This document shows, one piece after another, positions 12,854 through 25,801 of a stretch of 64,000 nt of DNA. Source of the DNA: Fistulifera solaris (Eukaryota); assembly GCA_030295235.1 (NCBI GenBank), contig AP026127.1, positions 1,240,001-1,304,000 of the forward strand, in the 5' to 3' direction. The translations under genes and the position numbers were made by a program. Below the pieces are notes generated by a model. The model was not told the origin of the DNA. It saw only the letters and a program-made list of their open reading frames with translations, and did no database searches. How positions within the stretch are numbered: the first letter of the stretch is position 1; each line of letters opens with the position of its first letter.

Positions 12854-13975
12854 ATGCGAACGAACGCTCTCCCTGTTTTCTTGTCTGTGATCTCACTCAT
12901 CAGTACTCCTTGCGGGGCGTGGGTTCTACCAAGCAATCGAGCCTTGAGAAATCAATTGCGTCAAACTGTCTCTTCTACGGCGTCTGATATCAATACATTT
13001 GAGCGTTGGTGCCGCGACCAAGGATGTACATGGAACGGTGCCGTATCACATGCTTTCTTCGGACGCATTCGAGGGCTGCAATGGACGGGAAAAGCCCGAC
13101 CCACTCAACCGGAATGCGTTGTCAGTATACCCAACACTATCGTTCTTTCGGTCGAAGACAATGATACAATGTGGGATGCCAAATTAGCATGCAAACTGTG
13201 GGAGGAGATGCAAGTGGGTACTCGGAGTTCCTTGTCTGGATACTGCTCTTGGCTGGCGACTGCGAATGGAGAAAGTTACGTACCGAATACTGTTCCGTCA
13301 ACGACTGTCCCCGATGCGTTGAGACACTGGACCGAAGAAAAGAAGGCGATCCTATCCGCCAAGCCAGCGGGGAAGAAACTGGTGGAATTACAAAAGAAGC
13401 AAGAAGCCGCTTGGCGCGAAAAATATCAACCATATTCCGACGTTCTTTCTTGGGAAGCTTTCGAATGGTGCATGGAGGTTGTACACTCACGGGCATTCCG
13501 GGGAATCGGATCCTCCGTATCCGTCATCCCGGCGATTACTGCGCCTCTTCTGGCAGCATTTGCTGGCTGGTATTATGTTACAGTCGTCAATCCGCTCGCA
13601 ACAACCAGCAAAGGAGATGATACCACATTAGCATTGTTGGGAGTTGCGGGACTTCTCTTTGCGAGTTTCCCAACGGTACTGCAGTTGTTACAAAAACCAA
13701 TGGTCGCTTTACTGCCATTGATTGATTCCGCCAATCACTTGGAAACCGCCGACTCCCAGATAGAATACGTTCCTTCCAAGAAAACATTTGATCTTGTCAT
13801 CGGTCCTCAATGTATCGACAACGATACATCGCAACTTTACATTAGCTACGGCAAACAATCGGATGAAGCGCTTTTACTAAATCACGGGTTCTTGCCGAAT
13901 TTACAGAAGAGGCCCGGCGATACGGGCAGCATACGACAAAGTCTAATTGAAGCCTATCATGCTCGCAACTCCTAA
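12854..13975 (+). CDS. SET-domain protein lysine methyltransferase (Rubisco LSMT-like), predicted plastid-targeted
   Basis: GRIRGL, FEWCMEVVHSRAF, LLPLIDSANH, ISYGKQSDEALLLNHGF; signal peptide ending CGA-W. Confidence 0.85.
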   Translation: MRTNALPVFLSVISLISTPCGAWVLPSNRALRNQLRQTVSSTASDINTFERWCRDQGCTWNGAVSHAFFGRIRGLQWTGKARPTQPECVVSIPNTIVLSVEDNDTMWDAKLACKLWEEMQVGTRSSLSGYCSWLATANGESYVPNTVPSTTVPDALRHWTEEKKAILSAKPAGKKLVELQKKQEAAWREKYQPYSDVLSWEAFEWCMEVVHSRAFRGIGSSVSVIPAITAPLLAAFAGWYYVTVVNPLATTSKGDDTTLALLGVAGLLFASFPTVLQLLQKPMVALLPLIDSANHLETADSQIEYVPSKKTFDLVIGPQCIDNDTSQLYISYGKQSDEALLLNHGFLPNLQKRPGDTGSIRQSLIEAYHARNS

Positions 13976-14465
13976 ACATAAGCAAATAAACAAGCTAGCT
14001 ATTTAATGATTTTTCGACGTACACGATAGAAATTTATTACGGAGTATAAAGAAAGGTGAAAACGGAATGCGGTTCCTCTTGTCTCTGAAAAACTTCCATT
14101 CGTCTATCAATCAAGTACCTGCAATGTTTATTCTTTTATTGGGTGATCGATCAATGTTTATGCGTTGAGGGTGCTCGTCGACTAGACTAGGGTTCTTGCT
14201 TTCTGCTCGTCGAACACCTTAGCTTTCATGATATTCGACGTGCAGCCCCACAGACGGTCACGGTCATTGCGAGGACGAATTTTCTTCATCAAGACCGTTA
14301 CGTTTTTTTCCTTTCGTGGTTTCCATTACAACATCATGGAAACGAGCATTTCTTTCTTGACGTAAGAGCTTGAGACAGGAATCAAACCGCTCTAGAGTCT
14401 AATACCTGTGAAAGACGTGTATCTCTATCTTGAAAGTAAACGCATAATCAAAATAGACTTCGAAA

Positions 14466-15649
14466 ATGAGACGAACCAAACGAGACAGCGACGATGAAGG
14501 ACCGGATTACGAAAGTGACGAAAGTCAAAGCATTGAATCGGCTCGAGCGTTCCTGCCTTTAGAAACAGCAAATGGCGACCCGGAGGAGGAAACATCACCG
14601 ATCGTTGAGGCGGCAACACGGCTACAAAATTGTTTGCCGAATGTCAGCGCCAAAAAAGTAATTTCTACCGTTCTTACATCCTTATTCGTTATCATTCTAT
14701 GGGATGCTGTTATGAGAGACCCCGAAGACCGTTTTTTACAACCTGATTTTGCAGAACGATTTCTGCAATGGGTACAAGATCATCCTCTGAAAGGAATCGT
14801 CGCGTTCTTTGTGGTGATTGCTACTGCTGTCGTGTTGATGATACCGATCGGAACGCCCTTGACGGTCGGTTGTGGCTACATTTACAAAGGGGCCTACGGA
14901 TGGAAATTAGGCTTGACATTGGCTACCTTTGTCGCCTTGGGCGGCTCCGCACTCGGTGCCGTTATTTGTTTCTTGCTGGGACGATATTTGATGCGCGAGC
15001 AAGTCCGCAAATGGGTTCGAAAATATCCGTTATTTGATGCGATCGATATGGGTAAGTACAACTGGCGATTCAATTCGATCACGATATCAATTATCACTGA
15101 TTAAGCTTGTCTCTATCTCTTTTTTTTTGCAGCGGCCGCCGAACACGGCCTCCGCATCATGGCCATGCTCTATCTGACACCGATTTTACCGCTCGGCCCC
15201 GTAGCGTACATGTGCGGCACGACATCCATGGCGTTACATCATTTCGTGTTGGCCAAGGTAGCGTCGTTGCCGCTCATGCTGTTGTATGCCTTTATCGGTG
15301 CCAGCACGGGAGCACTGCTTTCCCACGGCAAATCGCAAGAAGAATTTCGAAAGATTGAGGAAAACCAAACGCTGATATTATCTGGTATCGGACTGAGCTT
15401 TGTCATGATTGCTGGGATTACTCGAAATATCAAGAAGGAATTGAACAAGGTGAGTCTGTGGAGCACGCTACCTGGAATTCTTTCGTTCGGATGTACATCT
15501 CACTTTAGAGGAAATGGTGACATTGATAGATTCTGGAACGACAAAAGAAGCACAAACCCGGTGAAATAGAACAACAAGACGAACCAAGGGATGAGGAAAC
15601 ACCCATAGAGACGGGAATGACGGCTCGGCGGCAACGGCGTAAAGCGTAA
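14466..15649 (+). CDS. SNARE-associated/VTT (TVP38/TMEM64/DedA-like) membrane protein; introns 15052-15132 and 15450-15529
   Basis: IPIGTPLTVGCGYIY, GSALGAVICFLLGRY, LYLTPILPLG; both GT-AG introns restore the frame. Confidence 0.85.
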
Positions 15650-16158
15650 CCCAACGAAATGCCACAATAGATCAAATTCTGCTCTCCAGAGTTGGCCCAT
15701 TCGACTTGATAACACCGAAGTAAAGTAATATACACGAACTGCTCGAAGTTTCGTGGCACTTTGTAATAACTAAAAACAAGTCACTAGCTAGCTAGATCCC
15801 ACGCTTCGTCTATTCCTAGTTGCCTCCTTGCATTACTCCACGTTAAGGTTAGAGGTTTCGCGTACACTTTACACGACCCATCCTGTATCCATTTTCATTG
15901 GACGCTTCCTCATAGTGCAAATACGAACGCGCGCCAGCCAGCCCTCCATCCCCTATGTAAAGGTACATGCTCCTTGTCCGAAACTCCCTCCACACGTCTC
16001 AACGGCTGTCATTGTACCTCCAAAAATTAGAGGTGCGCCGTTGTGTTTTGCACCTCGTTTGTTGCGGAGGCGACGCACCATTTTTCTATTCGCATCAGCA
16101 ACAGCGTCGTAGTCAAACAACAACAATTCACTATACAATACAAAATATAACTTTAACA

Positions 16159-17949
16159 ATGGAAGAACCTTGGGATGAATTGATGGGACCTTCTCCCGAT
16201 GATGTAAAGCGAATGCTCAATGACGAAACGAGATCACAAACCGTTGTGAGATCCGCTCCTTCTGGACCTCCTCCGGCCGGCATGTTTGCACCTCCTCCCG
16301 TGTCTTCGAGTAATTCGGTCGCTTCGTCTTCCAAACTCGCCTTTGAAGATGAAGAAGACGGAGATATCCGCATCTCTTCGAGCGCGAGTGTTTCGAGTAC
16401 CGATGCTAATGCGATCCGTCAGGAGGCACTCAATGTACTCAAAGTCGCCGACGATCGTTATCAAGCACAAAGCAGTTATTCTCTTACGAAAACAGAAGGC
16501 TTCAGTGAGTCCTATACGGACTCGAAAGGCAAGCGCGTTCCTGCGGCACTCCGGGGCATGGATTTCAGTAGCAGCACGACGACACGAACGAAACGATATC
16601 ACGATGTGCCTTCGGTCACCGCCGCGAGCAAATTCTCGGTCGAAGATTACGAGTACGCCGATCAAGATGTCGTAGATGTCGTCGGGATGGATCGACGCGG
16701 CATGGCGACTCGCAGTGACACGGAGTCAACCTCGAGCAAGAAATGGTCGTCTCGATACGATGTTGATAAGACATTGCTCTCCATCAGCATGTCGAAACAA
16801 AACAAACACGCCTTAGAGCAGATGGATCGAGATCACACTAGCATGAATCTGTTCAATAACAGTTCCGTTCGAGCACCCAAGGTATTCGGGAGCGGCTTTT
16901 CGTTTCGCAAGAACAACGTGTTTGGTAAACAAAATGTGACAATGAGGCCACCGGACGCCAACTTGCAAACGGTGTGGATGGATATGGACGGTTCTTCGTT
17001 ACCTGCGCCCAACACGCGCAACAAAAGCTGGCAGGAACAACTCGATCAAAAGCGACGTCAACGACGATGCTACATTGTCACAGCAGCGATCCTTTGTATC
17101 CTAGTAGTGGCGTTGGCTTCTATCTTTGGGGCCAAGTCGCAAGAGATCTTTGGTAAGGGGAATGAGGCCCAGATTGGCACGGGTCCGATTGCACCCGGCA
17201 GTGTTACGTTTTATGTGACGGCCGACGGTCCCTACAACCTCGAAGACGAAAAAGATTTGTTGAACGAAATGAAAACGCTGACACCCGAAGCGAGCTTCAT
17301 TGTTCACTTGGGAAACCTTCAGAAAGCAGAAGATACTCTTTGTGCTGATTCCGAATACTTTCAAACAGCGGCATTTATGAAGCACTTCCCAATCACGACG
17401 TTTGTGCTGCCGGGTGAAGAAGATACCGACAATTGTCCGTTCCCTGAACGAGCGTTTGCATCTTGGAAGGATCAATTCAAGTTCTTCCATCGACACTTCG
17501 ATCATTTGCAAAGTAAGAACTTTGAGGTCATGTCGGAAGTCGATCAGTATGAAAACTTTGCCATTCTGCATGGCGGAGTACTGTTCTTGGGAATGCACAT
17601 TACGGGAGGCCGAATTGCGGATCGCGCGCTTCACCAGAGTCGCAATGATTACAATTACAAGTGGATTGAAGGTATGATCAAGTCGAGAGGCAACGATGCT
17701 CGAGCGATTGTAATGCTCGGCAATGCCCGTCCTGGTGAGGCTCAAAATGATGAGTTCTTCTTGCAAGTAGCACAATTCTTGGCCACGAATACGGACAAGC
17801 CGATTGCCTACATTCATGCGGGGGGATCCACGAGCAAAGTCTACACACCTTTTAAAGACAACAAGCAGATTCTAGTCATCCAGGTAGGCGACAACCCCCT
17901 GATGAGAGTAAATGTTGGTTTCGGCGAGAGGCCCTTCATTTTGGCATAA
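16159..17949 (+). CDS. Type II membrane protein with disordered N-terminus and C-terminal calcineurin-like phosphoesterase-fold domain
   Basis: Basic cluster plus TM helix (RRRCYIVTAAILCILVVALASIFG), then FYVTADGPY, FIVHLGNL, FVLPGEED, AYIHAG. Confidence 0.7.
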   Translation: MEEPWDELMGPSPDDVKRMLNDETRSQTVVRSAPSGPPPAGMFAPPPVSSSNSVASSSKLAFEDEEDGDIRISSSASVSSTDANAIRQEALNVLKVADDRYQAQSSYSLTKTEGFSESYTDSKGKRVPAALRGMDFSSSTTTRTKRYHDVPSVTAASKFSVEDYEYADQDVVDVVGMDRRGMATRSDTESTSSKKWSSRYDVDKTLLSISMSKQNKHALEQMDRDHTSMNLFNNSSVRAPKVFGSGFSFRKNNVFGKQNVTMRPPDANLQTVWMDMDGSSLPAPNTRNKSWQEQLDQKRRQRRCYIVTAAILCILVVALASIFGAKSQEIFGKGNEAQIGTGPIAPGSVTFYVTADGPYNLEDEKDLLNEMKTLTPEASFIVHLGNLQKAEDTLCADSEYFQTAAFMKHFPITTFVLPGEEDTDNCPFPERAFASWKDQFKFFHRHFDHLQSKNFEVMSEVDQYENFAILHGGVLFLGMHITGGRIADRALHQSRNDYNYKWIEGMIKSRGNDARAIVMLGNARPGEAQNDEFFLQVAQFLATNTDKPIAYIHAGGSTSKVYTPFKDNKQILVIQVGDNPLMRVNVGFGERPFILA

Positions 17950-18537
17950 TAAAAGCAATGGGATGATGTTTGTGCTCTGCATAGTTTTACAAAGTTTGAT
18001 TTTTTCTAGTCAATCAAAATATCGATGTCATATTTTCTCGAATTCTAGACCACTTTGCAGTCCAACGATAATTTTTCACAGTCAATGAAAGAGGTAACAA
18101 TAACAGTGAGGTCTTAGTAGGTAGAGGAGTAGAGAGGCTACCATCAAGGAGAAAATAAAGTACCATTTTCTCCTTGGCTACCATAGTTTTTCATAGCCCA
18201 AAACGGCATTCAAAGTCTAACTATGCTGCCATAAAATGGCTGAACGGCACTTCTATTGTACTCTTTGGGGATGTGTTCTATTTTGCTGGTAATATTTCAC
18301 AGCAAAAACAACAACCAAACAGCGGCACCGTTGGTGCTGCTGTTGTTCTTTCACAATTACTCGAATTGAATTATCCATCAGCTCAACAACAGAATCCGTG
18401 TATTCTTTGCGTACATTTGACAATTCACGAACAGAAAGTGGTGCGCGCATTTGTTCCTTAATCTCGTTATATTTGAATTCAATAGTTTTTTCGGACGGAA
18501 ACTTTCGTCGTTACAATCAAACATACGAAAAACGACC

Positions 18538-20062
18538 ATGCCACCGGAACTTGAATCAAAGCCAAAACCCGGTCATCCACAAGCTCTCCTAAGCAAAGGA
18601 CAAATGGCGACTTCCCGTGATGGAGCGATCGAGCCGACAGCCTCAGACGAGGAGAGGGGGCGTAACAGTAAAGCAATGTCGTATTTGAATTCACCTATTC
18701 TACAATACGTAAAGAAGAAAGTTAGTTATCGGAAAACGCATGGCGTTCAGTTTCAGAAACAAGTGGAGAGCTTGAACATTTCGACCGGACCAATATTCTC
18801 GAAAGCAAGCTCTCCTCCGTCCACAAACAATTTACTATCTTCCGAACAGCGAAATGATGAAACACCTCATCCAGAGACGGAAGCTGTGGAGTTAAGTCAC
18901 TTGGAGAAATTCATCGATCGCTGGCAGTATTTCCGATATCGTTGCGGACTATTGATCAACGACTCGACTGTACAATTGTTTCTCGTGAGTTTGATTGCTG
19001 TCAACGCAATCATGATGGGCATTGCTACATTTGATTTTGTCAAAAGCGACGATAAAGTACTACACATATTTGAAGTGACAGATCTGATCTTCTTGATCCT
19101 TTTCACGGTGGAGCTGGGGATGCAGTTTATCTTTTATGGCTTCCGGCTTTTCACTGATGGATGGCTTGTCTTTGATTTCATTATCATCACCCTTAGTTGG
19201 GCATTTTCTCAGGTTCAGATTATTCGATCGTTTCGAATATTTCGAGCTTTTCGATTAGTCACGCGGATTAAAGTTTTGAAGAACCTTGTACTTGGTAAGA
19301 GAGATGTTGCATAGTATGAAAAGTTTGCGAAGCTATATCCAAACCATGCCCCTCATACTCTTCACAGCTCTCTTCAGCGTGGTACCTCGAATGTTTGCCA
19401 TTGGTATCCTGCTCTTGCTTGTATCCTACATCTTTGCCGTAATGTTCACCCAGCTGTTCAAAGATCTCTACGAAGATGGTTACACGGTAGAAGACTATTT
19501 CGGAAGGATGGACAAGACATTCTTTACTCTCTTTCAACTTATGACGTTGGACAATTGGGCAAATGTGGCTCGTGAGGTCATTGCGGTCTATTCATGGGCG
19601 TGGATACCATTCATTGTCTTTGTGATCGCCACCGGATTTGTTGTTGTGAATCTAATCATTGCTGTCATTTGCGATGCAATCTCAGCGTTGCGCGAAGACG
19701 AAAAGGCAAAGCTACACGGTACTTACGAAGAGAACAGTCAAGAAAGTTCTTCTAATAAACCAGAAGGCGATGAAGAGGACGATCAAAGCATCCAACTGGA
19801 GGAGGCCGCAGAAGAGGAAGACGAATATCAAGTGGAAATTGACGTGCGAGTACAGCTCGATTCTTTGGAGCAAAATGTCTTAGAGCTTTCACAAATGCAA
19901 GAAGACGCTTTGCGTGCTTTGGAAATACTGACGCAGAACTTGCAAGCACGTGGCTTGCAAAACCATTCTCACTCATCAAGTAGTAGTGCTTTTCCCGGGG
20001 ACAATGGAACAGCGGTAATAAGGATATCGAAGGACGACGATGTAGATAACACTAGTCCCTAG
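18538..20062 (+). CDS. Single-domain voltage-gated cation channel (EukCatA/BacNav-like); intron 19295-19367
   Basis: Six TM segments, S4 RSFRIFRAFRLVTR, pore FFTLFQLMTLDNW, S6 VVNLIIAVICD, C-terminal coiled coil. Confidence 0.9.
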
Positions 20063-20824
20063 GAGAACGACAAAAAGTATTGAATTGACTGCCTTCTTTC
20101 GGTTTTTTTTTCTCATGGGAGTAGAAGAATCGTATCGAGAAAGAAACACAATCTTAATCTTCGAGCATCCCATGCTACAATTTTTGACGGTGAGAACTTT
20201 GGCGAACTGTGCTTTCAATCAGCACAACTTTGACGTATGTCCAACTACGACTGCATTACAAAATTGAATATGACTCCATTTTCACTACCTTCCATCCGTT
20301 TCAAATACTTTAATCGCATGTTTGAAACTACAATCATCTTTAGCAGCGTGCTCAATGCATGTCTTGGTTTTTCACGTCGAAAAGCCTTTCGAACGTTTGC
20401 CATTAGTTTTTACTATAGACCAAAGTGTTGTTCGTTTTCGACGCGACTGCATCTGAGTCATGAATCAATATTCTCGAGCCGCATTATAATTGCTACCAAG
20501 CCTTCATTCAGCAATCTTGTTGTGTTATATTTGGTTTGAATATACAATGCAATTTCTTTGAACAACATTCGCAATGCTCAAAACTATTCTTGCGTCGAAA
20601 AACTTTGTGAAAGGTTTCGTGCCGTATTTACTATAGATCCAAAGTGAAGACGACCTTTCTCCACGACTGCATTTTAGTCATGAATCAGTATTGCGTGATT
20701 GCATTGCAATTGAAATTCGATCAATGCCTATTGCAACCTATAAACCGCAGATAAATATTGTATTACGAAGTCAGCCCATCCGCACAACTCGTCCGGTGAA
20801 TAGTTTTGACCCTTTACAACAGCA

Positions 20825-21749
20825 ATGGGCAATTCGCAGCCAACGAATCGTACGGGACGTCAAGCGACCGCGCAGGTAAGTTCATTATCGCTGTCATACT
20901 TTGTTTTCGTTCTTCCGTTCCTTATCACTGCCTATTTCAATCTCTCATGCTCTAAAACAGAAACTAGAAAATGCAAAAAAGTTGGGAATTCTTTCCTTGA
21001 CCGAGCACAAACTAAACGACATTCCACCGGCTGTGTTCGACTTGGCAGCACATCTCAAGACACTCGATGTATCGAACAATTCACTGACCCGTTTAGATCC
21101 GAAAGTGGCACAACTGACCAAGCTCAAAACTCTCATTTTGGACGGAAATCAATTGTGTGCAACGACCTTGCAACCGATCAGCGAGCTATCTCAACTGCAA
21201 AAACTGAATGTATCGCGAAACGATCTTGGACATCTACCTCGATTAAATAAAACGCAGCCACCCAAACTGGCAGAACCTGCCTCTGCTTTACCTCGTGATC
21301 TCCCAACGACGCTACGGGAACTATCGATAGCTCAAAACAGAATATTCGACATTCCACCATCCGTGTTTGCACTCGAAAGACTTGAAAAGATGGATTTATC
21401 CAACAATCAATTGAAGGGATGTCTGAACGCCTCCATTGGATCCTTGAAGAATTTGACCGAGTTGATATTAGATGGAAACGCTTTGACATCGCTACCCGAG
21501 TCGATTGGTTCTCTCAGTAAACTGAAAGTCCTTTCTCTCAAAGACAACGCTCTGCGGGGCAAAGGCAATCCACAAGCTTTACCGGCCGTGTTGTTCACCC
21601 AAACGCCCGTCATTGATTTGAATCTCCACGGCAATCCCATGACCAATACGGAACTCAACGAATTTGAGGGATTCGATCAGTTTTTAGAAAGACGACAAAA
21701 AGTGAAATCGAAAACGATGGTCAATTTGTCCGTTTGTGGCCTTAGTTGA
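20825..21749 (+). CDS. Leucine-rich repeat protein (LRRC57-like), N-terminal MGN myristoylation-type start; one intron from 20876
   Basis: LxxLxLxxNxL repeats; donor CAG/GTAAG at 20876; acceptor position uncertain (20960 is in frame). Confidence 0.85.
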
Positions 21750-21987
21750 TGAGACAGTTGTGGTTTGCGTCCCAAATTTCATTTTATAAGTTTGTTTACA
21801 ATTTTTGAAGTTCGTTATTTTATTTTCATTACAATTTTATCAATCACTGAGTAGCACTATAGCCAAAAGCGACCTCTTGGCGGATTCAGTGACGAGAAGG
21901 TCTCGTCGAAAAGATGAGTTGCCTTGTCTACAATATTCCTTGGTTCAATCAAGGTCTGTTACAACTTATTTCTGCTCCAGTAGCTAG

Positions 21988-22347
21988 CTAACAACGACCT
22001 TGCGTGAGCAAGGCATTGCAAACTCCTTCACCATAATCGGTAGTATAAGGAATAATGACACCGACAACGAGAAGGGCGATCAAAGTCACAATGAGCGATC
22101 CCGCAATAATTTTGCTAATGAGCGGATCGGTGTTATTGTTGAGTGCGACGTCCAAATCGTATTCATCGTCGTCTTCGTTGATGCCCAGTTTCTTGCGACG
22201 TTCATTGGTGAATTTGTTGCCTTTCGCCGACAGCGGAGAATGTCGTTCTTTCGATGCCGCGTGGCAGCTCGCTCGGACGACAAAACCTTCCACTAATGTC
22301 AGCAGAAAAGCGAGCCAAAATATAACGAATGCAACAATTGATTTCAT
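21988..22347 (-). CDS. Small predicted plastid membrane protein
   Basis: Signal peptide ending VEG-F, transit-like segment, C-terminal TM helix. Confidence 0.7.
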   Translation of the reverse strand: MKSIVAFVIFWLAFLLTLVEGFVVRASCHAASKERHSPLSAKGNKFTNERRKKLGINEDDDEYDLDVALNNNTDPLISKIIAGSLIVTLIALLVVGVIIPYTTDYGEGVCNALLTQGRC

Positions 22348-22663
22348 GATCTAGTCTACTGTATCTCCTCAAGTTATTATCAAGTGAATAAATAATGTGC
22401 ACCACGCACTCCCTGAAGAATCATCTCTCGTCAATAAGGTCCCACATTTTCTGGGCACGTGAAACACCACACCCCCAGATTTTCGGGACACGTGCAAACG
22501 CCTCACGCACCGAGCGATCGATCACAAGACAAAAAACGAAAACACGGAAAGGCAATTCATCCGTCTATATTCCTGTCCTATACAGTAACGCACGTCGTTC
22601 TATTCAAACTTAGTCAAGGAGAGAAAGAAGAGAAGGAAATTACCAGCAGACCACGTGAAGGAG

Positions 22664-24215
22664 ATGAGCGAAGACAAGCCGAATCGAATGAGAGATGCTC
22701 CGCCCCAACTTACCTTTGATGATGGCTCTCGTGCAGTCCTCGCCAATGGAGAACAAGACGAAATTACCCCGCCGCGACACTCCAATTTACGTCAAAATAG
22801 CACCCAGATCAAGTCAATTCAAGAATATTATGAAATCGATCGTATTGTCTCTCAAATTCAACACTACCAACGAATTGCTCTCCAATTTCCCGATGAATTA
22901 CTCGGTGATGCACCGGAAGTGTGTTGGGCACTCGAAGAACGTCTACCGAAGGCACTGATCTTCTGTTTGGGGGATACAACATACGCGTCGTGTTGTCCCG
23001 ATGTGGTAGCGGCCGCGCATTTACAAGCCGATTGTTTGGTACATTACGGTCATGCCTGTCTTTCGGCGACCACCAGTCAGATTCCTGTCATACACAGCTT
23101 TGGGCAATTAGAGATGGATGTAGAGACGTGTGCTGCACAAATTGTGAATCAAGTAAAAGACGAAGTCGAATCATCAAACATTTCCCTGTTGCTCTTCTAT
23201 GAACTCCATTATGCGCATGCAATGATTGACCTCGCTCACCGACTATCGGACACAATACATGTTACTCTGGCCCAAGTCCCGGAAACTACAGCCAGCGTTC
23301 CACAAACCGAATCCGATCCGAACGCCATCCGTGACGACAACGAGGAACAGCTTCATTTGGGTGGATTGAAGATTCCCGCCTTGTCAGATATATCCTACCA
23401 TGTTTTACTTTATGTTGGATCAGAGAGCAGTCGACAATATCTGAATATCATTCTTTGCTTTCTTTCCACTACTGAACGTCCACGGGCTTTTTTGGACGTA
23501 TGATCCGTCACAACAAGTCCTTTCCACTTCCTTGTCGTCGTCGTTTCAGCGACAACTGAATCGGCGCTTTTATTTGTTGCAAAAGGCGAAATTGTGTTCA
23601 GTTTTTGGAATTTTGGTAGCACAACTCTCCAATCCGACGTTACGAACCATTGTAAACAAATTACGAAACATCATTACCGATCACGGTCGATCGTCGTATA
23701 CATTTGCCGTCGGAAAGGTGAATCCGGCCAAGCTCGCCAACTTCGCGGAAGTCGAGTGTTTTGTTTTGGTAGCGTGTCCCGAACATTCTTTGTTGGACGA
23801 AGAACGCGAATACCCCACGAGTGTTATAACACCAATGGAGTTGTGCATGGCGTTGGGTGTGAGTGATTGGGGATCGACACCGTATTCACTGGATGCAAAA
23901 GATTTCTTGTGTTTGGAATGCACGACTACTGCTGAAAAGAACAAGGAAGATGACAGCAACTCCGAAACTAGCGACGATGCACCCCACTACAATCTGACGA
24001 CTGGACAATACGAATCGGTTCCGCAACGAGCGAGTGCCGAGATTGATTTGTCACTGTTGCCGGGACAAGGTAAACTCACGGAATATCAGAGCGCGGCTGC
24101 CGATTTTTTGCAGACTCGTGAATATCAAGGATTGCAAGTCAAGGCGGGAGAAACCGCAGTACAACGGGCACAGAAAGGTCAGCAAGGGATCGCTTCAAAC
24201 TACGGCAATCGATAA
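22664..24215 (+). CDS. DPH2: Diphthamide biosynthesis protein 2, split by an extra T in the run at ~23488-23493
   Basis: IALQFPDELL, LGDTTYASCCPD, HYGHACLS, GKVNPAKLANFAE, C-terminal REYQGL...GIASNY. Confidence 0.92.
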
Positions 24216-25040
24216 TGCAAGAACAAACTAACAGAGAGTATAATTCCGCTCATTTTCTCTAATAGTATATCTATGACAACAGAACATTTTGTCCAGGCAT
24301 TCATCATTTCGTTCCTGGAAATGGCCATGTAATTCCAGCCTCGACTACTCAGCTTGTAAACACGCGCCAGTCGATGGAAATCATCTGAGACGGTGGCCTT
24401 GACTAAAGAATCCTTCACGACACACCGTTTAACAGCACGCAAGGTCGCTTCTGCATCGAAAACACTCTCGTGATAGATCATATACATCCTTCTCTTTGCA
24501 TTTCAGACGCACTGAAATGGTTGACTGGCTGTATGTTTATCCTTTTGATGCCGTCTGATAAAGTGCCTCCATGCTGGAGTAGTTCGCCTTTGCGCGGCAC
24601 GGGGCTTTGCATTTTCATCGAAGGATTGACTGTTGTACAGTTTGAACGCTTCTCTGCCGTGCAAAAATCTTTCTTGTTCGCCTTTACACTGATCACGGTG
24701 GGAACTGACTTTGCGGCAGCCCTCTCCGCTTCTTTTGCGATTCTAAAATGGCCAGAAGCGTGAACGTATCGACAATGTCATCCTCCTCCTCGCCGTCACT
24801 ATCGCCATCGAAGAGACTGCCCCGCGCCGGTTTCTCATTTCTCGGAAGCGGATATTGTTGCAATACCGGAGGAAGCGGATCCGGTAACATTTCTACGGTC
24901 ATGTGTTGCGCTGTACGCACATCAATCGGAATCGCATGCATCAAATTACCAGTCGATCGAAATTTTGGGGCATCCAGGGCCCATAATTGCCACTGCTCAC
25001 ACGGCGGAGCCACCGGCTGTGCAAATCTATTTCTTTTCAT
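24200..25040 (-). CDS. Hypothetical protein, apparently frameshifted twice
   Basis: Three consecutive overlapping minus-strand ORFs with an acidic patch; no confident domain. Confidence 0.45.
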
Positions 25041-25801
25041 ATTGAATAAGGTCGGTTGAGAAACTCTTAAAATTATAACAATTGTTGTTTCTTTTCCAAT
25101 TCAAGGTTGCAAAGGTTGGCCTTCGGCAAGGTTCTACAAGTGCATGCAATGAAAACGTTCAACGGTGGCTTTTTCGGCGGACCTTTTGGCTCTGGCAGCT
25201 TTTGCCTTGGCTTTGGCAACTGGCAACTGGCAACACCGCAGCAGCAACCACGAGTCGTTCTCTGACAATAAGCCGAACTGTAAGTGGCTCAGAGTTCTGT
25301 TGTACTTTTTTACATATATGTGATATATGTAAATTTATTTATCTACTTCAATTGGTTGGAGGCAATTATCCAGCGTAAGATAGTTTCGATTAAATTTTGA
25401 TAGAGTCACCATAGTAGAGAGTGGAAAAGTTGAAAAATAGCAGAAATTGGGCAGTACGAACTTCAGTATCGCTTTGCTAATTGAACGTCTCAAGAATGTT
25501 CTGCTGAAAAATTTAGCTCCGTTCGACAAGAGAATTAAGCAAATACTGAACCCTAAGCTAGATACGGATCTCGCGTGAAGAACACCACAGACACACAGAC
25601 CACAGACGGCAATTGAGTCAGTCGCGTCGTCAACTTGACGTCAGCAACGCGAATCTCTTGTTTTTTTGCAGCCAAGGAAAGCGAAAAACCGACGGCACGA
25701 CAAAAAGGTCAAACACAAAGCAGTCGACATGCAATCATTCCAACATTCGTTGCTTTTATTCACCAACAGTTATTATCGACAGAACATTCCATTGCAACAC
25801 A

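Noticed and set aside
25185..25235. Short TGGCAAC-type repeats (similar simple repeats at ~490, ~8890, ~39530)
   Set aside because: Ordinary micro/minisatellites with no supporting context.
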